From positions 197,150 to 261,149 of the forward strand of contig CAVWBU010000016.1 of NCBI GenBank assembly GCA_963753345.1: a DNA stretch of 64,000 nucleotides, in the 5' to 3' direction. The notes beneath the pieces were generated by a model. It saw nothing but the letters and a program-made list of their open reading frames with translations, was not told the DNA's origin and ran no database searches. Within the stretch, counting starts at the first letter, position 1, and each line of letters opens with the position of its first letter. Shown piece after piece: positions 1 through 8,684 of this stretch. Source of the stretch: an uncultured Fibrobacterota bacterium (GTDB taxonomy: Bacteria > Fibrobacterota > Chitinivibrionia > Chitinivibrionales > FEN-1185). Made by a program: the position numbers and the translations under genes.

Positions 1-2
1 TT

Positions 3-1535
3 CTTGACTCCTATTTCGCACCCGGAAAGCGTGCAGGAGAGGATGTCGCCGTTGGCGGGATTGGGCGTCCGGTCGGCCTGCGCGCGCGTGTTGATCGGGT
101 CCCACACCACCGAAATGGCCTTGAGCCCCTGGGCGACCGGCGTCGCCGTGACGCCGTTGTCCGCCTCCCACGCCAGAATGGATGGATTGTTCCTGTCGCG
201 GATAATCATGTCCCGGTGGAGCTCGGACTTGAGAATGTATTTTGCGTCCGTCAAAAGTGTGCTGGAGAATGCGTTTTCGCCGTCGCCGCTGGGCTGTACC
301 AGCATGATTCCGTAATTGTCGCACGCGTTCACGAACCCCTTACTGCACGAGGAATGCCCCGGCCTCCACAGGCTGCCGCCGCACTGCGCCATCAGCTTCG
401 CGTCCCTGAACTCCTGCTCGTTGGGGACGGCCGAGCCCAGCGCGGGATAATCGTACCGGGAGGCGCCGCCGAACAGCAGGTGCTTATGTCCATTGACATA
501 GGGGAAGTTGTTGTCCCACGTGAGCACCCGGATTCCCAGCGGGTCCTCGAACACGTCGAGCGTCGTTGTCCCCACCTTCACGATGTGGTACACTTTGTAC
601 AAATACGGCGTACCGTACGTGCTGTTGTTCGGATACCACAGGGTGGGATTGGCAACGTCGCCCGTCTGGTCGAACACGTAGCTCTGGCCCGCCGCAATGG
701 ACTGCGTGGACGCGAGGCTAAGCACCACGTTGTTGCCGTTGCGGATGTCAACCACCTTCGTGGTGAGCGACACATTCTGGGCCGCGGCGCTTTCGTTGAA
801 TACGTTCGTCTGTATCTCGACCGTTGCAGAGGAACCGTCGCTTGCTACGGTCTTCGTCACCACATAGGTTCCCCACTGGTTGAGCACCGAGTAGACGTTC
901 TGGGGAATGTGCACCTTGTCGGTGATGTGCATCCACACGGGCCGAAACAGCCCGCCGTCCTCCTGGCCGAACCTGAACACTTCGGAGAAACCAGGGTCGG
1001 TATAGAATCCGCCGCTCTTGCCCACGCGCACCGCAAAAACATTGTCGGCCCCGCCGAACTGCACGCTGGGCGTGACGTCGACGACAAAGCCGATGAAACC
1101 GACCACGTGCGTGGCGGTGGGGTTGAGCGCGCTGTTGCCGGGTATGAACGTTCCGTTGATATATGCCGCTGCGCCCACGTGCGCGCCCTCCACCTCGATG
1201 AATATCTTCCTGCCCGCGTATTGGTTGTCAAGCGTGAAATGCTTCCGGTACCAGCAGATACCGCCGAGCATGGAGCCGTCGCCGCCGCCGCTCCCCTGGT
1301 TGATGAAGGTGTCAGTGTCGTTCCAGCAGTGCGGGATTCCGACATCTTTCCACCCGGCGTCGTTGAGGGCCGTGGTCTGTGCGTTGAGCGGGTCGCCCTT
1401 GGTGAATTTCCAGGGAGTCTCTCCGAGGTTGATCGTCACGCGATTGCTCGGTTCTGGCGAATAGGTCTCGGCAATGCCGAGAGTGACAAATGCGAGGACA
1501 AAAGCGACTAATGACGAGATACGTTGGGGGGGCAT
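3..1535 (-). CDS. Glycoside hydrolase family 2 (beta-galactosidase-like), secreted; 3' end runs off the window
   Basis: Not in the ORF track because it has no stop in the window. Manual translation from ATG 1535 (GGAGGT RBS at 1541-1546): MPPQRISSLVAFVLAF signal peptide, then WKF..GD, W..VGIPHCWN, WYRKHF, IFIEVEGAH (GH2 sugar-binding domain), then FVNACDNYGIML and IIRDRNNPSILAW (GH2 TIM barrel). Confidence 0.85.
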   Translation of the reverse strand, partial: MPPQRISSLVAFVLAFVTLGIAETYSPEPSNRVTINLGETPWKFTKGDPLNAQTTALNDAGWKDVGIPHCWNDTDTFINQGSGGGDGSMLGGICWYRKHFTLDNQYAGRKIFIEVEGAHVGAAAYINGTFIPGNSALNPTATHVVGFIGFVVDVTPSVQFGGADNVFAVRVGKSGGFYTDPGFSEVFRFGQEDGGLFRPVWMHITDKVHIPQNVYSVLNQWGTYVVTKTVASDGSSATVEIQTNVFNESAAAQNVSLTTKVVDIRNGNNVVLSLASTQSIAAGQSYVFDQTGDVANPTLWYPNNSTYGTPYLYKVYHIVKVGTTTLDVFEDPLGIRVLTWDNNFPYVNGHKHLLFGGASRYDYPALGSAVPNEQEFRDAKLMAQCGGSLWRPGHSSCSKGFVNACDNYGIMLVQPSGDGENAFSSTLLTDAKYILKSELHRDMIIRDRNNPSILAWEADNGVTATPVAQGLKAISVVWDPINTRAQADRTPNPANGDILSCTLSGCEIGVK

Positions 1536-1595
1536 TTTGTACCTCCGGATGATGGTTAGGCTCATTAGTACTTCACATATATCAACAATAAGAAT

Positions 1596-1747
1596 TGGGC
1601 GTTCCCCTCCCCCTCGTCAAGATTCGGGGTCGGGTCGGCCCTCCTTCCGGTCTCGGCCTTTGGCCTCGGGCCGCCTGCCACAAAGGCCCTGTGGGCCGTG
1701 GTCAGGCGGCACCGCGCTCCAGCGCGGCCTCCAGTCCTGCCTAACGC
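1596..1747 (+). repeat. Structured intergenic repeat, module A only (locus 1)
   Basis: tgggcgttcccc...ggtcggccctccttccggtctcggcctttggcctcgggccgcctg...caggcggcaccgcgctccagcgcggcctccagtcctgcctaacgc; close match to the copies at 42268 and 44163. Confidence 0.9.
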
Positions 1748-1861
1748 TTGGCAGAAGGGTATTTGCACATTTGCTCTGTTCGCTGCTGCACTAACCGAGC
1801 GACATTTCTCATTGTCAATCAACAATCAATCTCATCAGCAAATCCTTGACTGCGATTGCAA

Positions 1862-3481
1862 CTACTTTGAATTCCATGATGCCGACTGGGTTACTGTCTG
1901 GACCGGCGAATCGTCCTGATAGGAAACGACCACCGAATCCCCGTCCTGCACGGATATGAACCCCGGCCGTGAAGTCCCTGTTGTAAATCCGACCGTGGCG
2001 ATGAAATTTCTGATCGTCCCGCCCGTCACCCGTAAGGTGTCCTTGATGCCGACAGGGTCTTTCCGGCTTGCGATACCGACCACTGCCGTGCTGTCGGCAA
2101 TATCGTCGTCGCTCATGTTGATCGTCATCGCGCTGCCGGTCCCGTGGTATGCGGCCGAATCGAGGAACATCGTGGCGAGCACCGGCAGCCAGATGCAGGC
2201 CGGGGGCGCTATGTCCTGGGCCGGGGTCATGTCGTGATAGACAATCGTGATCGTGTCGGCTGCCGAGCCCGTCACGGCAAGCACGCTGTCGTGCACCGAG
2301 GCCTTGAGGGAAAACCAGATGTGCCCCATAAAGTCTCCGGCAGACCCTTCGACGGCATGTAAAGCGACCTGGAACCCTGTCTTGTCCCTCACGCTGGCAA
2401 CGCGCACAAGAACGGTTGAATCAGTGACGTCGGAATCCCAGACATGGATCGAGAGCGGCCTCACAACACCAAGAATCGGCGATCCGCCCGGCTGCACGAT
2501 GCCCGCAACACCGGTCCACGTCGTTGAAACGGAATCGACCCGCGCCGGGGATGATTCCGTGTAGCAGGCCGACACGACATCGCCGTCCCCGACCCTTAAG
2601 AGCCGTTTCGCGGAATCGGAATGCGTTATGGAAAACCACACGCTGTCGGAAAAGGTGCCGGCGGCTCCCGTCACCTTCGCCAGCCCCACGGTTATTCCCG
2701 CCGCGTCAGTGCCGCTTCTAACCTTTACATAAGCGAACTGCCCCGCGAGGCTCGAGTCGACCACGGTGATTACCAGCGGTACGATGCAGCTCTGGTAGGA
2801 GCCATTGTCAAATGAGATGATTCCGGCATTTCCGGAGGAGGAGGCGAGCAGAAAGTCGTTTGCACCCACATACGAAGAAATCGGCTTGCGCGCGACGGTG
2901 TAACCGGTTGCCGTTACAATAATGGTGTCGATTGCAAGGGCTGCAGATTTCGATAAGGCGCCGGACAAACCGTTACCAGCAATTCTTGATAACCCGTACC
3001 CATGGTCGGTATTGCCATCAAGCATCTTGAAAACAAAATCGGCGCTGCCGATCCTGAGTTTCACAAAACATAAGAGTCCAGCCGAAGTCCTTTTCCCGAA
3101 TGGATTGAACCGATAGTTGCCGCATTCCAGTTTCCGTTCGACGGCGGGGGCGATGGTCCGGCCTAGAAGATCGCAGACGTCAATGCGCACCGGCTGGCCG
3201 GCAACGGAAATCCCGAAAAATACGCTTCCTCGTTTGGCTACCGGCCGCTCTGCAGGTGAAACTCCGCCGTGAACAAAAGGTCCCACGCCCGAGCCCTTAA
3301 GCGCGTATCCGCCCGATGAATCGGTCGTTGTTGACAAAGGCAGCCCTTTCAGGGCCACCACCGCGCCTGCGATCCCCCTCAGTGAGGCCGAATCCCTTAC
3401 TGTGCCCGTGAGGTTGACGGATTGGGGAAAGGCGAAGGACAAAGCGCCGGCAAGGAAAATGATAGCGATGCTATTCTTCAC
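1862..3481 (-). CDS. Secreted protein: carboxypeptidase-regulatory-like N-terminal domain plus three ~105-aa beta-rich repeats
   Basis: Likely GTG start at 3481 (VKNSIAIIFLAGALSFA signal peptide). VNLTGTVRDS..IAGAVV motif. Three repeats of I.V.DSD....V.V.S..D..G....L..V.G....F...VWFS...V.DGD.V...Y. Confidence 0.75.
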   Translation of the reverse strand: MKNSIAIIFLAGALSFAFPQSVNLTGTVRDSASLRGIAGAVVALKGLPLSTTTDSSGGYALKGSGVGPFVHGGVSPAERPVAKRGSVFFGISVAGQPVRIDVCDLLGRTIAPAVERKLECGNYRFNPFGKRTSAGLLCFVKLRIGSADFVFKMLDGNTDHGYGLSRIAGNGLSGALSKSAALAIDTIIVTATGYTVARKPISSYVGANDFLLASSSGNAGIISFDNGSYQSCIVPLVITVVDSSLAGQFAYVKVRSGTDAAGITVGLAKVTGAAGTFSDSVWFSITHSDSAKRLLRVGDGDVVSACYTESSPARVDSVSTTWTGVAGIVQPGGSPILGVVRPLSIHVWDSDVTDSTVLVRVASVRDKTGFQVALHAVEGSAGDFMGHIWFSLKASVHDSVLAVTGSAADTITIVYHDMTPAQDIAPPACIWLPVLATMFLDSAAYHGTGSAMTINMSDDDIADSTAVVGIASRKDPVGIKDTLRVTGGTIRNFIATVGFTTGTSRPGFISVQDGDSVVVSYQDDSPVQTVTQSASWNSK

Positions 3482-3555
3482 AGATGTTTTCCGGCAAAAG
3501 AAATCTGAACGATGATAAGGTATTTGATGATGAAATCCTCTTTCGCTTTTCCATT

Positions 3556-3592
3556 TGACCTCACCCCCGGCCCCTCTCCTATGGGAGAGGGG
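3556..3592 (+). repeat. REP-like palindrome, CCTCACCCCC-CCCTCTCC/GGAGAGGGG type
   Basis: tgacctcacccccggcccctctcctatgggagagggga; a second copy lies at 38741-38778. Confidence 0.75.
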
Positions 3593-3661
3593 AGCAGCAT
3601 CCTCGCATGCTCTCCGAATTTTGCGTGGGATGCAGATGTCTTTCTTATCCAACAACTTTCC

Positions 3662-3812
3662 GTGGGTGCCCCGCAAGCAGTGCATATTCTTGCAGCCAGC
3701 TTTTCATGGGGGTCACCCAGGAGGGGGTAGCGGAGGACCAGACGCGCATGTCAGGATTGCTGATTTGTAAATTGGCGCGGCCGGGCCGGAGCGAGGGGGA
3801 AACTTCCCCCAC
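3662..3812 (+). repeat. Structured intergenic repeat, module B only (locus 2)
   Basis: gtgggtgcccc...gggggtcacccaggagggggtagcggaggacc...gggccggagcgagggggaaacttcccccac. Confidence 0.9.
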
Positions 3813-3833
3813 TTAAAACATCTAAATTCTATA

Positions 3834-5819
3834 TTAGTAAATAAAATCCATAATAGCATGCGCCGGTATCGTTGGCTTGACAATCTGCGAGCCCTGTTTG
3901 ATCTTGAACGAAATGGCCGCCGCAGTGTTGTTGTAGGCAACGACCACGATCCTTCCGTTGGTGTTCAAAAACGCGGTCGCTTCGAGATACGGATTGGTAC
4001 TTATACAGTTCAGCCTGATCGCGCCCGGCCGCAGGTATCTGCTGAAATGCGCGAGGTAATAATATGAAGGGCAATAGTGCACCGAATCGTTGTTGAAATC
4101 GATATACACCGACGAAGCGCAGCCCGTGTTCGGGTCGTGGCGCGGCAGGCCGTTCTGGTCCAGCACCAGGTTCCATTCGACCCATCCTTCCGTCCAGTTG
4201 TTCAAATCGCCGATGATGTCGTGCGCATAGTTCTGGCCGGTCGACCAGTTGCCCATGGGCAGGCCCTCTGCCTCTTCGGTTGCCAGCAGGTGTTTGGACG
4301 GAAAGTTGTCGTGCGTGGTCGCGACGTTGTCGAACTGGTCGCCGGAATACCAATGAAACCCCGTGCCCCATGCATACTTTGCCGCCGCGGTGTCGCCGAG
4401 AATGGTGCTGGCCCACGTTGCGACATGGTCCTTATTGTGGTCGAAAATCATCACCTTCACGTTGACCCTGTTCTGGGCCAGCGCCGGCCCGAGATTGTTT
4501 TTAAGAAAATCCCGTTCCGAGGCCGCGGTGTAGATGCACGATTCCCACGTTTGGGTGGCTTCGGGCTCGTTTTGTATGGTAACGCCCCATACGGGAATGC
4601 CGGCGGCGCCCATGGCCTGAACATACTTGACAAAAAACAATGCCCAGGTGTTCGCGCAGGCCGCAAGCAGCGTTCCGCCGTCGAGCATGTTGTTGTTCGA
4701 TTTCATCCAGGCCGACGGCGACCAGGGGGAGGCGAATATCCTGATGTCGGCCCCCGGAAGCGCCATGGCCTGCTTGATCGTGGGGATCATCCACTGTGTT
4801 TCGTGCTGGATCGAAAAGTTGTCCAGATTGTAGTCGCCGGGAATGCTGTCGTAGGAATACTTGGCAATGCAGAAATCGCAGCTCTGGAGATTGGTGCGGC
4901 ATACCGTATAGCCGGAGCCGGTAAAGGGGCTAAAATAGGCGTTGAGAATCTGGCTCCTCTTCTGGGCCCCTATTTTGTAGAGATTGTAGGTGGCTGCCTC
5001 GGTGAACGCGCCGCCGAACCCGAGGATGGCCTGATACCTGTGCGTCGTGTCTACGGTTATGGTGGCGACCGCAGAGCCGTCGTCGGCTGCGAAGGTCAGT
5101 GGAGGCTTGGCGGACAGGAAGTCGGCGGCCTGCGCGGTCTGCACCACCTGGACCGAACCAGGAGCCACGATCCTCTGGAGTTTGATGTCGTAGGTCCCGA
5201 TGAGACCCGGTATCGCCAGACCGGCAACACCGTATCCCACCGAACCGGCAAGCAGCGTATCGGCATCGGCAGCTTTCTTCCCGGCGGCCCCGGAAAGGTT
5301 GGTTACGGGGATCCGGTCGGGCGGCGTGCCGGAAAACAAACGCGAATCGACCGACGTGGCCTTGACAATGGAGATGTTCCCGCCGACCTTGACACGGAGG
5401 AATATCACCTGCGCGCCGCGCAGGCCGGGGTCAAGGCTGATCCTGTATTCCCCTCTCGATAACGTTCTGTCCGCAAGAGTCTCGAGGCGCTTTCCGGAAA
5501 CCGTGAATGCCTCAATCCCGACCGGCGCCTGCTCATCGGTCACGCCGAAACAAAGCTTTCCATTCGCGATATAGGCGCTTGATCTTTCGATGCGCGTTTC
5601 CGATGCCGGCTCGGCAATAGGCGTGCCGCCTCCAAGCACGTAATGTCCGACCGAATCCGAGTATGCGGTCCCGCCGGTTGCCGCCAAGCCCACGACCGCG
5701 CCCTGGATCGGCAGGCCGGTGCCTGAATCAGTAATAGTGCCGGTGATGTTAACCTGGGACTGAGCAAGGAAGACGATTGCTGCGATGCAAATAAGTGAAG
5801 TTTCAATTTTCCTCATCAT
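3834..5819 (-). CDS. Glycoside hydrolase family 30 (glucosylceramidase/beta-1,6-glucanase-like), secreted
   Basis: GFGGAFTEA, ASPWSPSAWMKSN, QNEP (acid/base), FHWY, ATEE (nucleophile) and EWNLVLD motifs; signal peptide and an accessory N-terminal domain. Confidence 0.92.
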   Translation of the reverse strand: MMRKIETSLICIAAIVFLAQSQVNITGTITDSGTGLPIQGAVVGLAATGGTAYSDSVGHYVLGGGTPIAEPASETRIERSSAYIANGKLCFGVTDEQAPVGIEAFTVSGKRLETLADRTLSRGEYRISLDPGLRGAQVIFLRVKVGGNISIVKATSVDSRLFSGTPPDRIPVTNLSGAAGKKAADADTLLAGSVGYGVAGLAIPGLIGTYDIKLQRIVAPGSVQVVQTAQAADFLSAKPPLTFAADDGSAVATITVDTTHRYQAILGFGGAFTEAATYNLYKIGAQKRSQILNAYFSPFTGSGYTVCRTNLQSCDFCIAKYSYDSIPGDYNLDNFSIQHETQWMIPTIKQAMALPGADIRIFASPWSPSAWMKSNNNMLDGGTLLAACANTWALFFVKYVQAMGAAGIPVWGVTIQNEPEATQTWESCIYTAASERDFLKNNLGPALAQNRVNVKVMIFDHNKDHVATWASTILGDTAAAKYAWGTGFHWYSGDQFDNVATTHDNFPSKHLLATEEAEGLPMGNWSTGQNYAHDIIGDLNNWTEGWVEWNLVLDQNGLPRHDPNTGCASSVYIDFNNDSVHYCPSYYYLAHFSRYLRPGAIRLNCISTNPYLEATAFLNTNGRIVVVAYNNTAAAISFKIKQGSQIVKPTIPAHAIMDFIY

Positions 5820-6017
5820 GGTTTACCTCTTCTCCTTGCGGACTGGTTTGATAAATGAGGTGATTGCAGCTACTGTTTTAAAAAAAGCCTCGCTGATCAA
5901 TAAACCATGAATATAATAAGGAAAGGTCATCATTATGTGGAACAAATTCTGTTAATTAGTTTATGAGGATTATACATTTATGAATTTACTCTGCAGTACA
6001 GTAATACAGCATCGATC

Positions 6018-6154
6018 TGTCACGGTGAGCACTTCGGCAAGCTCAGTGCAGGCTCTGTCGAACCGTTTCGTACTCGATGGGCCGTTGGCGAAGACGCCAC
6101 TGCTCTTTGCATCCGTACGCAGGCGTAGTCGCGGTCGACAAGCTCAGGGTGACA
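6018..6154. repeat. Inverted pair of REP-like units (TGTCACCCTGAGCTTGTCGA type) with a nested unit
   Basis: tgtcacggtgagc[acttcggcaagctcagtg..]..gtcgaacc ... tcgacaagctcagggtgaca; the outer halves are imperfect reverse complements. Confidence 0.6.
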
Positions 6155-6303
6155 TCAAATTTATGTAATCATACTTATGAACTTCTTAATGACTTCCAAA
6201 ATAATGTCAGCATCAATATAGAACTTGAACGAACTTGCTCAAAAGCCGCCGTCAGACCGCTCACCGCGTTGAGCGATTATTTGTTATCTTGATAAGATTA
6301 TCT

Positions 6304-6332
6304 TTGAAATTACGATCCATTTGCGGTATATT
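6304..6332 (+). promoter_or_regulatory. Putative sigma70 promoter for the TIGR02147 operon
   Basis: TTGAAA-17 nt-TATATT in an AT-rich stretch upstream of ATG 6419. Confidence 0.45.
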
Positions 6333-6418
6333 ATTGTCAGGTGCTCACCAGACAAAAGCAATGAATTGAATAATTGAAGAGCGCCTTTTATGAAAACATT
6401 CCAAGAAACAAGACTATT

Positions 6419-7297
6419 ATGAAACCCCTTACTGAATACACCGACTTCCGCACCTACCTCAATGAGTGGGTCGAGGACAGAAAATCGCAGGGCCTGCCCG
6501 GCTCAAACCGCTGGTTCGCCATGAAAATGGGAATCAATTCCACGTCGTGGCTCACCTCGGTGCTCAAGGGCGTCAAAGGGTTGTCAAAAGCGACCGCGAA
6601 CCGGCTTTCGCAGCTTCTCAAGCACTCGCCCATCGAGACGCGGTATTTCGAGACCATGGTTTTCTTCAACCAGGCCCGCACCATAGAGGAACGGAACAGG
6701 TATTACAAGGAACTCAACGCGCTGCAGAAACTCAAGGACGTGCGCACGGTGAGGCCAAACCAGTACGACCTGTATTCCACCTGGTATCACAGCGCGGTCC
6801 GGTCTCTTATCGGCATGCATTTGTTCGGAGCCGACGCAAAGGATTTCGAGCGGCTCGCCTCGCTGGTCTCGCCGCCGATCACCGCTTCGCAGGCAAGAAA
6901 ATCCGTCAAGCTGCTCGAACAACTCGACCTTATCAGATTGAACGGCCAGGGTTTCTTCGAGCTCACCTCATCGGCCATCACCACGGGCGAAAATATCCGC
7001 TCGCTTTCGGTGGCGAACTTTCAGCAGGAAACCATGCGGCTTGCGCAGGAGGCATTGGACCGGTATCCCCGTGAGGAACGGTACATAGGGACCGTGACTG
7101 TGGGCGCGAGCGCAGTGGCATTCGAGCAAATACGAAAAGTGCTCATGGATGCAAATGAGAAAATCGCCGAAATCGCGAACGCGGACGCCGATGCAGACCG
7201 TGTATATCAGGTGAATGTCCAGGCGTTTCCCTTGTCGAAAGCCGGCAGTGCCCCCAAGACCGCTGCATCGCAGCCGGACACAAAAGAGGCTGTATGA
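6419..7297 (+). CDS. TIGR02147-family protein (Fibrobacterota paralogous family, putative DNA-binding regulator)
   Basis: EYTDFRTYL, S.RWFA.KMGI.S, YFETMVFFNQA, YSTWYHSAVRSLI, PPIT..QA..SVKLLE.L, VYQVNVQAFPLS. Confidence 0.88.
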   Translation: MKPLTEYTDFRTYLNEWVEDRKSQGLPGSNRWFAMKMGINSTSWLTSVLKGVKGLSKATANRLSQLLKHSPIETRYFETMVFFNQARTIEERNRYYKELNALQKLKDVRTVRPNQYDLYSTWYHSAVRSLIGMHLFGADAKDFERLASLVSPPITASQARKSVKLLEQLDLIRLNGQGFFELTSSAITTGENIRSLSVANFQQETMRLAQEALDRYPREERYIGTVTVGASAVAFEQIRKVLMDANEKIAEIANADADADRVYQVNVQAFPLSKAGSAPKTAASQPDTKEAV

Positions 7298-7968
7298 AAA
7301 TCATGATGAATTTCTTTGTTCAAGCAATGCTGGTCACACTGGTTGCTTTGCTTTGCGCATGCTCTTCCGCGCCGCTTGCAGGCGGCAACAGCTCGCAGAC
7401 CGGCAATGCCGGCATCACCGTTGCTTCCTTGTCACAAAACATTTCCGGCACTACGCGGCCCGGAGCACTGGTCTTTATCTACGGCCGGTCGTATCTCCCC
7501 TATGCCACCCCTCCCGGGTTCCGTGACTCCACGTTCGCTGATGACAGCGGCCGGTTCGCTTTTACCCCCGATACCCAAGGATATGTAAATCTTATCGTCA
7601 ACGATGAACTTCACGGTACCACCGGGTTCATCAAGAACATTCCGGTCTTTGCCGATTCGGCGTTTACCGATACGATAGACACGCTTAAACACCCTGGCCT
7701 TCTGGCCGGCATTGCAACCGATTCCGCGGGATCGGCACTTGCGCTCTCGTATGTATATGTGCCGGGATCGCCGTTCTACACGGTCACAAGAAACGACGGC
7801 CAGTTCCTGCTCGGGCCGCTTCCCGCAGGCAGCTATACCATCGGCCTTTTTGCGAACTTCGTGGTCGCAAATGCCAATCCCGATCAGCTCATCGCAACAT
7901 TCACCACGGTTGCAGACACGAGCTCGGCGGTGGTGTATCCGGACAGCATTTCAACGTGGCACAGATGA
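7294..7968 (+). CDS. Lipoprotein with carboxypeptidase-regulatory-like domains
   Basis: Lipobox LLCAC followed by AGGNSSQTGNA; ATGA overlap with the TIGR02147 gene; DGQFLLGPLPAGSY. Confidence 0.78.
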   Translation: MKIMMNFFVQAMLVTLVALLCACSSAPLAGGNSSQTGNAGITVASLSQNISGTTRPGALVFIYGRSYLPYATPPGFRDSTFADDSGRFAFTPDTQGYVNLIVNDELHGTTGFIKNIPVFADSAFTDTIDTLKHPGLLAGIATDSAGSALALSYVYVPGSPFYTVTRNDGQFLLGPLPAGSYTIGLFANFVVANANPDQLIATFTTVADTSSAVVYPDSISTWHR

Positions 7969-8011
7969 AGAATGCAACAAAGACTTTACACCTCAACCAA
8001 GGAGGATGATT

Positions 8012-8617
8012 ATGACAAAAGCAGGCTTTCTGTCAGCAGCCATCCTGATGGCAATCATGTCGTTTGCGGTGCGGTCATCGGCAACCGATTCTCTCGCGGT
8101 AGACCCGCTGCACCCAACCACCGCCGACCCGATAACCTTCACCATCATTATACCGAACTGGGACTGCTGTACCCAGTATGCCAACGATTCGACGGTGACG
8201 CTCTTGGGAGACACCGGCGTGCTCCTCACCTACACGTACAATCAGCCGCAGGTGTGTCCCATGATAGCCTGCCTGAATGTCGATAAAGATCTTGTTTACA
8301 AAAGCGCGCCGCTCAAGGCAGGCACTTATTCGGTATACGAGCAGCGTGAACTTCTGTGCACCACGGGCATTTGCCCGGACATAGCATTTATCCTGGTGAA
8401 GATCGGAACCGTGACGGTAACACCTCCAACAGGCATTGTGAATCCGCCGCATCGGGCGCCCGTTGCTATCAGTTTGGGGACCAGCACCAGCGGGAAAATC
8501 TATGACGTAAGGGGCGTTCTCGTTTCATCATCCGCCGCGCGCGCCGGACTCCGAGCGCCAGGTGTTTATCTCGTCAAGAACGGATCACAAATGTCAAGAA
8601 CGATTGTTGCGCCATGA
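8012..8617 (+). CDS. Secreted Cys-rich protein with a short T9SS-CTD-like tail
   Basis: GGAGG RBS at 8001-8005; signal peptide; 6-Cys domain; C-terminal KIYDVRG...PGVYLVK. Confidence 0.75.
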   Translation: MTKAGFLSAAILMAIMSFAVRSSATDSLAVDPLHPTTADPITFTIIIPNWDCCTQYANDSTVTLLGDTGVLLTYTYNQPQVCPMIACLNVDKDLVYKSAPLKAGTYSVYEQRELLCTTGICPDIAFILVKIGTVTVTPPTGIVNPPHRAPVAISLGTSTSGKIYDVRGVLVSSSAARAGLRAPGVYLVKNGSQMSRTIVAP

Positions 8618-8684
8618 CGTCAGCCAGGCGAGTTTTCATCGAAAATCGACCTGGAACCTTAAAAGTCAATAAGGGAGGATTAGT

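Noticed and set aside
216-1511. Long antisense ORFs (216-1511, 4077-5462, 20815-22443, 22909-24957, 29344-31596, 40858-42207, 45173-46828, 55912-57312)
   Set aside because: Shadow ORFs opposite well-supported genes in GC-rich DNA, with no recognisable motifs.
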